A stretch of 64,000 bases of DNA from Sphaerodactylus townsendi (lineage: Eukaryota). The translations under genes and the position numbers were made by a program. The stretch covers positions 26,722,001 through 26,786,000 of the forward strand of contig NC_059426.1 in assembly GCF_021028975.2 (NCBI RefSeq), in the 5' to 3' direction. Below, one piece after another: positions 25,580 through 36,900 of this stretch; position 1 is the first letter of the stretch; every line of letters starts with the position of its first letter. Below the pieces are notes generated by a model. That model searched no databases and was not told where the DNA came from. It worked only from the letters and a program-made list of their open reading frames with translations.

Positions 25580-26448
25580 TTGGGTCAAGTTGGTGCGGCT
25601 GCTCTTCCTTCAGATCGCTGCTCGGGCTGGGATGGCGGCTGCAACCGGAGGCGGCCTTGCTGGAGGAAGAGGAGGAGGAGGAGGAGGCGACGGCGGCGGG
25701 GGTGCTGGGGACGGGCTGGGGTCCGTTGCCCCCCGCCGCCGCCACCCCGGCCGCCCCTGCGGGCTTCTCTCGGGTTTCTGCCAGGAAGGGACTGCACGTG
25801 TACTCGGGCCCGGGGCCGGTAGCGACCACCGGGGGCTCCCTCGCCCGGGCGCCCTCAGTCCTTTTGGAAGGAGAAGAGGAAGAGGAGGAAGAGGAGGAGA
25901 CGGCGGCGGCGTTGGAGGCCAAGGGGGCCGCGGAGGCGGCGGCGGCTACGGCGGCGTTTCCTGCGCCCGTCTCCGGCTTGACGATCCCGTAGTGGCGCCC
26001 GCCGGTCGAGGAGCTGGCCCCCGGGGGTGCCCCGCCGTGGTGCCCGCCGTGGCTGGGGCTGCTGGGGAAAGGGGAGAAGGGCTCGATCCAGGAGCGCACG
26101 TATCTGCCTGCCGCCGCCGCCGCCGTCGCCGGGGCCCCCCAGGTGGGGCTGGGGCATGTAGGGGTGGTAGATGCCCGGGATGGCCGCCGACGGCTGGGGG
26201 TGGACGGCGGACCAGGAGGCGGAGAAGACGGCGGCGGACTTGGGCGCGAAGCTGCAGGAGGCGAAATCCGAGCCCTCGGCCACCGCGGAGGCCGGCCGGG
26301 GGGTCGCATGGTGGCCCCCCTGCAAAAACCGGCCGCTCCCCCCGCCGCCGCCGCCGCCGCCGCCGCCGCCTCCCCCGTAGGCTTCCTCGCTCTCGTGGCC
26401 TATCAGGGAATCCACGTAGTAGTTGCTGAGGGCGCCGCTGGAAGACAT
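25580..26448 (-). CDS. HOXD9: Homeobox protein Hox-D9, coding exon 1 (one apparent frameshift near 26105-26140)
   Basis: ATG at 26448 gives [19 protein letters not shown]...[10 protein letters not shown]...YHPY in one frame, and RYVRSWIEP...[11 protein letters not shown] in another; donor CCAA|GTAAGT at 25580/25579; 869 nt, where 3n+1 is needed. Confidence 0.92.
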
Positions 26449-26599
26449 GGTGGAGGAGGAGGAGGAGGAGGAGGAGGGCAGGCTGCGGCCGGCGTGGCAG
26501 GGCATGGGGGGGCCAGGCAGGCGAGATCCCTGACTCCGCGCGGCGTGGAGGATCGCCGGGCCCGCCGAACGATCCCGGGATTTTGCGGGCTGCCCGCAG

Positions 26600-26660
26600 C
26601 AGCCATTGGTCCCGCCGCCCACGTGATCATATTTACCAATACTCGGAGTAAATCAATCCG
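26600..26660 (-). promoter_or_regulatory. HoxD9 proximal promoter (CCAAT, E-box, Pbx/Hox site)
   Basis: ATTGG 26605-26609, CACGTG 26620-26625, CCAAT 26636-26640, GTAAATCA (TGATTTAC on minus) 26648-26655. Confidence 0.6.
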
Positions 26661-28788
26661 CTAAATGGTGCGGTGGGGGGGAGGGGGAGGGCGCTGCGAT
26701 TATTTTTTTTAAAGAAATCCTCATCAACAATAAGGGAAGACGCCCACCCCCTACCCCCCCCCGCGCCATTAAAAGAGGGGGGGGGGCAAATCAAGACCCA
26801 CCGCTTCTTCTCTTCTAACCCGGGATACTTCCACCCGGCACAGGACTCCGGGCGGGCGTGGCCCCAGCAGCAGCCGCGGCGGCAGCAAGTGGGGGGGGGG
26901 GACTATTTCTTCACCCCCTTGGCGTGGGTTCTGCCATTCATTTTCTGCAATCGGCCCCCAGCGCAGAAGTTGTTCACGCGGGCTCGCCTGTGCTTGGCAG
27001 GGCGAGCTGGCTCCCCGCCCCCACGCAGAGGGAGGGAGAAAGGCAAGAGCTGGGGAGATCCTCGCCTGTAAAAACAAACACTGCCAAAAAAAAATATGAA
27101 TGAATGAATGAATGGATGGATGGAAGGGAAAAGCCTGGAAGTGTATAACGACTCCTCGTAAAACGGGAGAATGTTACAGTAAAAGAAAGAAATAAAACGA
27201 GAATGCACCACAATGCGGGGAGCCGCCAGTCTTTCAAGATCGGTTTCACTTTTCCTTTCTTTTTTTTTTTTTGACAAAGAAAATGACATCGATCAGTATG
27301 GAGTGATTGAAAAAGAGCCAAGCAGAGAGAGAGAGAGCGAGAGAGAGAGAGCTGCCCGTTGTGTTGTTTTAAAACAGGTGGAAGACCTCTCCGCAATGAT
27401 TTTATGCCTTTCAATAAAAATTTTATGAGGTGCATTTGATTATAGATTAATGTGTGTCCCTAATAAAACGGACGGATGCCACACGCGGAAAGAAAGGAAA
27501 AAAGAAGTCTATCTCTCTCTCTCTCTCTCTCTCTTGTTCTTCTTCCCCTTCAGGACTGAAGTGAAGCTGGATACCAAATCCCGGACTAGGGGTGGAAAGT
27601 TTGGGTTCATACGGNNNNNNNNNNNNNNNNNNNNNNNNNNNNNNNNNNNNNNNNNNNNNNNNNNNNNNNNNNNNNNNNNNNNNNNNNNNNNNNNNNNNNN
27701 NNNNNNNNNNNNNNNNNNNNNNNNNNNNNNNNNNNNNNNNNNNNNNNNNNNNNNNNNNNNNNCAATCAGGTCTCCTGATCGCTGGCTTTGTGCAAAGGAG
27801 ACCAGACTGGCAATTAGAAAAGGGAAATATTTTTTTTCTCTCTCTCCCCCCCCCCTCCCAATTTCCAATGCAGTTTGCTCCAGAAGGCCTGGATTCCTGG
27901 CCCCTAACTATACTTACACCTTCCTCCCCCCACTCTGATTGATGCTGGCACCCTTTGACTGTACACACGCACACGCAAGCGCACACGCACCCCTCCCCCA
28001 ATAATCACGCGAGGAAAACTCAGTCTGAACGAACCACCTTTATTTTGTACACGCATCAGGGGGATTTTTCGGGGATGCTTTTCGGAGAGGAGCGAAAGAG
28101 TGGTGGGTGGGGGCTTCCAGGCAATGCCCCCCCCCCGTTAGACCCTGGGAGTGAACTCTTTCTCTTCGCCAGCGGTTCCTCTGACTCCGGAGGAGGCAGG
28201 CTGGGCAATGGGTGTGTTTGGATGGGGAGGGGGCGCCCACGGTTGGGGAGATTACACCAGCGGCCCGGCTAGGAGGAAAACAAAAGACCCTACAGGCTGC
28301 AGACCTGATTTTCTGCATTCAGCCCCCGCAAAAGAAGATATCTGTAATTCCCAAGCAGGTCAAGGCGGGTCGTCTCGCCGACTCTTCTTGGAGATTTGCT
28401 GGAAACTTGTGTCTGGTTTTCTCTAAATGCACCTGGAGCCCTTCGGGCGAAGGGATCTCACATACCCGCTCCTCCGCAGACTGATAAGTGTGCAACTGTG
28501 CATATACAAATGCAACACGATAATCCGCAGACTTTTACATACTAGAATATGCAGGCACACTCCTTCGTATTCATTACAGGGATCCCGAAGCAGCACTGTC
28601 CAGAGCGACGTCATTTTGGAAACAAATAGGCTAGCTTATCTGCTCCAGATACACTAACGGAGAGGTCCCTTTTACGGGGAAACGACATCGACTTCGCGAT
28701 TTGTATCAAACAAGGCGCGAATCTATTCCCTGCACCCAGGCGCCAAAACATGATTCACACAGGCAGACAGGATACATGTGTATATATG

Positions 28789-29016
28789 TGTGTGCCTACC
28801 CCACACAGATCTTAGAAGCGTGTGAATATATGTGTGTGTGCCTATATATGTGTGTGCATATATACATATATATACTTATATATGTATACTTACACACACA
28901 CACACATATAAGTATACATATATAAGTATATATATATATGTATATATGCACACACATATATAGGCACACACACATATATTCACACGCTTCTAAGATCTGT
29001 GTGGGGTAGGCACACA
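28789..29016. repeat. Long near-perfect inverted repeat (arms about 105 bp)
   Basis: TGTGTGCCTACCCCACACAGATCTTAGAAGCGTGTGAA... mirrored by ...TTCACACGCTTCTAAGATCTGTGTGGGGTAGGCACACA around a short CA loop. Confidence 0.92.
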
Positions 29017-30516
29017 AAGACACATCGACAGAAATTAGGTGTTCACGTGCGTAAGTGTCCACTGAAGGCCTCCTGGAAGCCATGCTTGGACACCTAGCAC
29101 ATTTCCAGACCTGGGGCGTGTCGTGCGTGCCTGCGCTTCCACGCGATGCCACCGATTCCTTTACGAACTGCCTTTGTGCCATTAGGAAAAACAAATGTTT
29201 TCAGCGAGTTCCCCGGGCGATTTCCTAGTTCAGAAGCCGGGCCGAAGGGGGGTTTGCTGCAGGGCAAGAGCCGGCGCTTCTCGCTTCTCGGCCCTGGTTT
29301 GAAGGTTGAAAGCAATCCCAAGCATTTGGACTTCAGTTTGGGAAGTCACGTTCATTTGCAAATCCCCTTTAAACGCCGTTTCTGCTCCGGACTCCCCCGC
29401 CCTCCCACCCACCTCTACCCCACCCACATCCAGCCCCCTAAAGCAGCTACTGCCCATATATACATGTACATATAGATATATTTTCAGCTGTGCCCGGAAT
29501 GCAGGGGTTGGGGGCCGGTGAACTGCATTTCCTGGATGTTTTGCTGAACTTACAAAACCAAATCAACAGCAGAAGGGCAGAGGCCAAAGGCAAGGGTGGA
29601 GCAAAAACGAAAACGGCGAAGGGGGAGCTCAGTGCGGGCTTTTCTGGGTAAGAAAGCGCGGAAGGCCTGCTCCAGGTCTAGCAGCAGAACGGCTTCTTGG
29701 CTTTTCCAAGGACTTTAAGAAGCAAATCGCGGGCCTGTTCTCCTTCCTTTGCAAACCTGGATTTATCTGAGAACGTGGTTTGTATTTGGAGAAGCCTGCA
29801 CGAGGCAGAAACCAGACCTTGGCCGTAGGAGAGGTTTCCTCAACCATGGAGATTTTGTTTTTCTGTTTGTTTGAGTCTACATATCTTTTGTATCAGCAGT
29901 TTCAGAATTACATGTCTAATCCCTGACACCTTCCTTTTCATTTTGATTCGCTTACCCTTTACGAGCGGGTAGAAAGACGGTTTCTGGACCACATCCTAAT
30001 TTGTTATTTTTTTTAACAAACGTTTCTGGTGTCGTCAGACCTAGCCAGCAACACTGGGCTCTTTCCCCACGACCTTACAGGTAACCATTATTAAAGAAAG
30101 TATTGCCCGCCCTTACAAGCTCTTTCCCTTCCAAATGCAGGAGTTCATTCCCAGAGAGGAAAGAAAACTCTCCGGCGTAGAGAGAGAGAGAGGCCGGCCT
30201 CCTTCAAAATGTAGGGCTGCTGGTGGGTTGACGAGTTTCTCGAAAGACCAAAGGCACCTCATGACTTTACAGAGTTTATTGCATTATACATGCGAACAGG
30301 ACATGCACAACGAAGAAGACATATTGCTTGTTATACGACTAAGATTTCCACGTATGCACCACAAGGGGAAAGGAGGGGGGATGAGAGAGAGAGAAAGAGC
30401 GAGAGAGAGAGAGAGAACACACTGGAGGAAGAATGGAAGATTCCATCTCACGAAGGACAAATCGGACGCACGCGGGGAAAAAGAGCAGAGTTACATCATA
30501 AAATGTGCTTTCTTGC

Positions 30517-30522
30517 TTTATT
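30517..30522 (-). terminator. Candidate HoxD10 polyadenylation signal AATAAA
   Basis: TTTATT on the plus strand about 560 nt past the stop codon. Confidence 0.5.
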
Positions 30523-30768
30523 TCTGCCCCTCCCCCAGGAGGAATTCCCCACTTTTTTTCCCTTAAGAAAAATAATAATTCCAAAATATTTTATATAGTC
30601 AAAATGTCATGGCCCGTGTCCTAACCTCCCCCACATAAATACCACGTGGTTATTTTTTTTTTAAAAAAAAAAGAAGACGACGACATGGGGGGAAATAAAA
30701 AATCACATTTTCCGGATGTTCGACAGCTCCAATAAGTTAAGACCGAATGACCGAGTTCAATCAGAGTT

Positions 30769-30776
30769 TACCCTGC
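30769..30776 (-). promoter_or_regulatory. miR-10 target site in the HoxD10 3'UTR
   Basis: mRNA ...GUAAUGCAGGGUA pairs with the miR-10 5' end UACCCUG(U): 7mer-A1 plus G:U at position 8. HOXD10 is an established miR-10b target in mammals. Confidence 0.7.
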
Positions 30777-31078
30777 ATTACTATGAGAAAAATAATAATA
30801 ATAATAAATTACACGTGCTAGACTTTCTTTTTTAATTATAGATATATACATATATACTCGTCGTAGGAACATACATAGACACTTGTAAGCACTAAAGAGA
30901 ATGACAAAAAAAATCACATTCTATCAGAAATAAAAAATGGAATTGTATCAAGGGGTGTAGTTTTTGTTGGTTGGTTGGTTGGTGCCCCCCCCCCCCCGCC
31001 CCAGTCTTCCCTACAGGGATCACAACTGGTGGTGACTCGTCTTGGGCCTCGACTCCAGGCCAGCCCCAGGTGAGCAGT

Positions 31079-31356
31079 TTAAGAAAAGGTCAGATTAGCG
31101 GTCAGTTCTCGGATTCGGTTCTCCCTGCTCATCTTCTTGAGTTTCATTCTGCGGTTCTGAAACCATATCTTGACCTGCCTGTCAGTGAGGTTAACGCTCT
31201 TACTGATCTCTAGGCGGCGCTCTCGAGTGAGATACATATTGAACAAGAACTCTTTCTCTAATTCCAGTGTTTGGTGCTTAGTGTAGGGGCATCTCTTCTT
31301 CCTGCCACTCTTTGCTGTTAACCAATTGCTGGTTGGAGTGTCAGACTTGATTTCCT
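31079..31356 (-). CDS. HOXD10: Hox-D10, coding exon 2 (homeodomain); spliced protein about 351 aa
   Basis: Acceptor CTAG|AG; [36 protein letters not shown]...[16 protein letters not shown]. Confidence 0.97.
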
Positions 31357-32977
31357 CTAGCCAAGTGGAAGGAGAAGAAAGGAAGGAAGGAAAAGAAACA
31401 CACAAAATAAAAAAGGAAGGAAAATAAAACAAAAATAACCTCAGTCTGTTATCCTGTACCCTTGGCCATGAACCCACCTCCATTGTGTCTGGAAGATATG
31501 GTGCCCTGTGGGTATTAAAGATTGCTTAATGGAGGTGGGCGGGCTGGAATAATGCGCTTTCCCCCCAACACTAACATTCTCACTTCTACAATTCGAATTC
31601 AACAATACCAGCACCATCCCCGCCATCCTTGGGGGTTATTGGGGGTTATTTCGAGAGCTTTTCTGTACGTCATCTTGATACATTCTACAGACTACAATAT
31701 ACACATCCCACCTAGCTCTCAACACAGGGAATCATATTTACTCTGCCATCTTTCCATGCTCACATTTTAGCCAGTCCGGACTCAGTTTTTCAAATATGAC
31801 CCCTCTTCTAAGAAAAAAATGGTCCAGTGGAAGAACTCAATTGACCCTACCCACTCCCCAAAAAAAACTCCCATTTTGACTCGAGAGACCCTCCTTTGGG
31901 GTAACTCCAAAGTAAACCAAACATAGAAAACCAAGCTGTGGTCAGAAAAAATCAGGCGGCCTTTTGCCCCAAAGGATTTTTTCGAAAAAGGAAGAAAACT
32001 AAGCACCATCAAATAACAATGATATCCTTTTCCAGTTCTCCTTTGGGAATACTGTCTTCCCAGCACACTAGGGGGAATTTTTGTCCCAAGTTTTATTTCA
32101 CGTTTGCCTAGAATTGTTCCACACCCACTTAGTATGTACAGAATGATCTGACTCGCATAGCAGGCATTGCAGGGGTGAAACGTACTAAGGCCATTCCCCC
32201 CGTTTTCGCTGTTCTGCCATATTACATTCACCCTCTACAAAGGAGTTATTTGACGCCCCCACCCTTAAAGGACAATGAAGTCAACATGCTGCACTTCTAC
32301 AAAGAAAACAAGAATCCACCAAACCAACCTCCCAATCAAAGGGAACTTTGAGGGATAAAAACAAGGCTATCGAAAGTACAGGCTTGGCCATTTTAGGCTA
32401 CAGGAGCTATCAAAGAAAGGGCCATTCCTTGCGCTCCATCTCTTCAAACTTTGCACAGCTGCGGCATCCCACCCTATCCCCTTTTCTTAAAAATAATAAT
32501 AATAACACAACAACTTTATTTTGACTGCCAGGTTTAGCAATCAGGAGATCCACTGGAAAGATCTGGCCCCAGTGTGACCCTGGACATTTGGCTGTCGTGC
32601 AACCATAACAGCTATTTGGAAGGTGGTGCCCAGACATGGAACGAGGCGGGCTGGTCCACAGGAAAGGCAAGCATCTAGGAGACGATTCGAGCTTTAGATC
32701 TCTCTAAGAGTAAGGGGCCATAATCACTGGGGCAGGATCCCACCCCCCACCCTCTTTCCTAAAAAGCCGCAGAGAATCCAACACCTGCATGGACCAGAGG
32801 GGGGAGGGGAGGGAAAGAGATAGAGAGAGAAGAACCCTTTTTTTCTGAACAGTCATGGCTGCGTTTAAGCCTGAGCTGGCGTGGTTTCCCAAGCTGGGGT
32901 GCCCCGTTTCTACTGCCCAGTACGCCTGCCACCTTAGGATCCCCCAACGCTGGTCTGGTTTTGGGCATCATACCGAC

Positions 32978-33755
32978 CTTTGCTTTCTTTCTCTTGGGTT
33001 TCTGGGCTGGACACCGAGGCTTCGGCCAGGCAGCTCCTGTCGTCTTGAAGGGCGGACTTGGCCTCGGGACTCTCGACTTGGGCGACTTTGGTGGAGTTGT
33101 CCGGGTGGTGGCTGTTGCCGCCGCCGCCGCCGCTGCCGCCGTTGGGGGTTTCATTCATCTTCTTCTCCATGGGAAGTTGCGAGGCGAGCTGCGGTTTGGA
33201 AGAGCCGCGAGGGTTTAACTGCAACATGACAGTTGAACTCGATTCGGGGCTGTTACTGTACTCTTGGGCTTTCCCCGAGGCGTAGGTCTGGCTCAGCCTG
33301 AAATATCCTGGGACCGGGACTTCGGGGTTTTCGATGGGGCAGGAGTCCGAGACCAGCCTCTGGTAGGAAGGGACCTCGGACGAAGACACCAGCTTGGAGC
33401 GCTTATCGGAATACATACAGCAATTCGTTTCCTCCTTAATATTGGTGGTGAAGGAGCAAGTGGGGACCTGCTGCGTAACAGGTTGCTCTAGCCGGCACGA
33501 CCTGTTCGGGTCTGTCCAATTGTCTACTTGAGGTATATACGGATGTACATTCATACCCATATTTTGATGGTTAACTTCTCTTTTGGCCAGAGACGGTAGG
33601 AGTCCACAGGTTTGCATCCCGTAAGTCCCAATGTCTGTGCTAGGAGGCATGTACATGCTGGCACTGTTGGAATAAAAACTGTCACTCCTGCAGGCGCTGA
33701 TCAGAGAATCGACTAAAAAAGTATTGGCGGCAGGAGAGCTGTTGGGAAAGGACAT
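32978..33755 (-). CDS. HOXD10: Homeobox protein Hox-D10, coding exon 1
   Basis: [29 protein letters not shown]...[14 protein letters not shown]...QEKESK; donor AAAG|GTCGGT at 32978/32977; 778 nt, phase 1. Confidence 0.97.
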
Positions 33756-33859
33756 TTTGGGGTGGAATTTGAAGAAGAGAGATGGTCTCCTTTGTAGGCT
33801 GACATCTCTACGAAAACATTCCCTGTGTAATTGTGGATGCCTCTGCACAACCACATGAC

Positions 33860-33920
33860 GGCTAAGCCAATGAGATTTGAAAATGGCCTTGAGCTGCTAC
33901 CTCCCCGCCGGTCACGTGGT
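33860..33920 (-). promoter_or_regulatory. HoxD10 proximal promoter (CCAAT, YY1-like, E-box)
   Basis: AGCCAATGAG, AAAATGGCC, and GTCACGTGG with CACGTG at 33913-33918. Confidence 0.6.
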
Positions 33921-36900
33921 CCCCGGGACACTCCGAGCTGCGGCACAAAGGTGGACAATAGCGACACCTAGGACGTCCGGGCGAAAGTGCGCGGCCCCCT
34001 GCCTGGGCATCTCCAGCGCGCGGCAGCAGCAGCAGCAGCAGCAGCCAGAAGCAAACCTGCTTTCTTTCCTCTTTCTTTTTTCCTTCTCCCCTTTCTTCCT
34101 CTTTCTCGCCTTCCCTTTCCCTCTCTTCCTTTCCTTGCAAAAGTCAGTCCTTGCGCGCTGCACCGACTTAACGCCAAGAAATGCACCCAATAGCTCCTCT
34201 CCCTTCTCCTGTTATTTTGATGTTTTATTCCAAGTGGTTGCCCCCAAACCAGCCTGATCCTGACAGCCCCCTGCTCTTTTGCACCCAAAGAAAGACGAGG
34301 CAGGTCCTCCAGCATTATAGTCCCGGCGGGTTTAACGGGGAGGGGAAGGGAAGAGGGACCAGCAGAGGCGAGCAACCAGGAAGCCCGCGTGCCACCCCAC
34401 TGGGTAAAATAGGGGGCATTTTCCTCAATATTCCTGCCCTGGAAAAGAAAGCTCTCTCTCTTTCTGCCCCCACCTGCAGGATTCTCCAAGATCCTGTTGG
34501 GTTTTATAAACTGATAGCGACAGGAACTATTCCCTAAAGCTGACCCCAGGAGACACGGCTTCCTTCATCCCTTCCTGTCCTACTTTCTTCTGTTCTTCTT
34601 GATCCAACAGGAGTTTCAAGAAATGGCATCCACAGACAGTGCCCGACGTGCCCCCCCCCCCCGAAAAAAGTTGAGAGCTGTTGGCTAAGTCTGGAGTGTA
34701 GGTGATCTTCCGAAAGGGTCCTGTTTTGGGCACAATACAAAGGGAGAGGAGGGTGGGTGGTGGGGAATAATGTTTTCCTTTTATGGGTTTTGTAAAAGCA
34801 TCGCTTTCCTGACAAGTGCAAGGTATCAAAGGTTGGGGGATTTATTAATACAGATTAAGAAGAATCAGGGGGATCAATGAAATCCTCATCTGCATTCTTC
34901 GGCTACTTGGTAATTTTCTCGCTTCTGAGGCTTTTTCAAGAGTTATACCCTCCATTGCCACACACGGGAAGATATTTTATGAACAAATCAATCGAGACTT
35001 TGTAAAGGATAAGATTAATAGTTAAGCTTTAGCATAATGGTGTTCTCGTTATGAATTATTGAAAATTATACTATTGATTTCTCTCCCCCCCCCCCCTACT
35101 AACCACGAAGGTCAATTTTTGTTTTAATACAAAGCGTCAAATATTAAAAGCTGGACTTTCACTCCAAGTTTCGTTTTCGATGAGACCAGATCCCTAAAAT
35201 AAATCAATCAATCAAAAGAAGAAGACGAAATAAATAAATACGGGTGGGGGACCTCAGTACCCTTTTTCTTACTCTATCCATGGACAAAAAATCCTTTTGC
35301 CCGTGAACATGGAAGGGACTTTTGTCTGATGTGGCGCTTTTCAACTTCCCAAAGCAAGATTCGCCCCTGACTTTGCCAAAAGTGAACCAGGATCCAGCAC
35401 TGACTGTCCAATATGGGGAAAGACCTGAACCCAACTCTCTCCAGTGTGATGAAATAGAAGGTCCTACTACCGAGAGGGGACATCTTTTTTAAAATGTACT
35501 TCCCGAGTTTGATGCGCTGTGTTTCTCCCTCCTCCGCCATGGCGCTTACTTGCATTCAACCACCACCGACTGTTTGGGTTCGGGTTGTTTTTTTCTTTAA
35601 TTTAACTGTCCTGGTATCTCTCCGCTCCTGGTAAATATATACACATCTCTCTTTTTTTAATGCTCCCCCTTTTAAAGATGGGCTTGGAGGGACTGGAGGT
35701 CTGGAGTCACTGAGTGATGCTTTCAGCTCCAGCTATTTATTTGGGGCCTTGGGATCTTTCACGTTTACCAGACCCTCCTGGTTATTTTCAAAACAAAGNN
35801 NNNNNNNNNNNNNNNNNNNNNNNNNNNNNNNNNNNNNNNNNNNNNNNNNNNNNNNNNNNNNNNNNNNNNNNNNNNNNNNNNNNNNNNNNNNNNNNNNNNN
35901 NNNNNNNNNNNNNNNNNNNNNNNNNNNNNNNNNNNNNNNNNNNNNNNNNNNNNNNNNNNNNNNNNNNNNNNNGCAACATTCTTGCAGTTTTTCAGTGGCC
36001 CCACTGATTTGCTACCAGAGGAACACTTGGTCCAACTACATTTCTCCCGGGTTACCCCTACCCACTCCCCAAGCTTGGCCAAGTCTTTGTTCACGTTTTC
36101 AGTGCCCCCCCCCTTTTTTTTTTTGCTAAACACTGCAAAAAACACCGCCCCGCTGCAAAATCTTGCGATGGCCGTGAAACAACCTTCCCCCTTGCAAACC
36201 TTATCGCAGTTGTTCAAATACAACATCATGGCCACGTTAAGAACCCGCGCCTTTGACGGCTTCTTGTCTGCAGCTTCTGCCTTGTCCAAGTGGTTAGTTC
36301 TGCCTGCCGAATATTACCTACATTTCCCCCACNNNNNNNNNNNNNNNNNNNNNNNNNNNNNNNNNNNNNNNNNNNNNNNNNNNNNNNNNNNNNNNNNNNN
36401 NNNNNNNNNNNNNNNNNNNNNNNNNNNNNNNNNNNNNNNNNNNNNNNNNNNNNNNNNNNNNNNNNNNNNNNNNNNNNNNNNNNNNNNNNNNNNNNNNNNN
36501 NNNNNNNNNNNNNNNNNNNNNNNNNNNNNNNNNNNNNNNNNNNNNNNNNNNNNNNNNNNNNNNNNNNNNNNNNNNNNNNNNNNNNNNNNNNNNNNCGAAG
36601 GCTAGCTACAGCGATTAACTTATCCTGGATTCCGGGTTGTAATTAAGGTGCACCACAGGAAAGGGTGCCTCTCTGTGTGTCTCTGTGTGTAAAAGAGAGA
36701 GAGGAATTTTGTGTGTCTTTCCCCCCCCCCCCTTCCTTCTATTTAAGATCATTATCAGAGCCATTGCTAAGATTTTGTCTGAGCCAGGAACAAAACAGAA
36801 GTAGAGGTCAGGATTCCTCTGCTGGGGGGAGGGGGGGCTGGCTCCCCCCCCCATTGTGCCTCCCTGCAATTCCTCCACACACACACACACACTCCCTCCC

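Noticed and set aside
35714-36646. ORFs spanning N runs
   Set aside because: Artefacts of assembly gaps.
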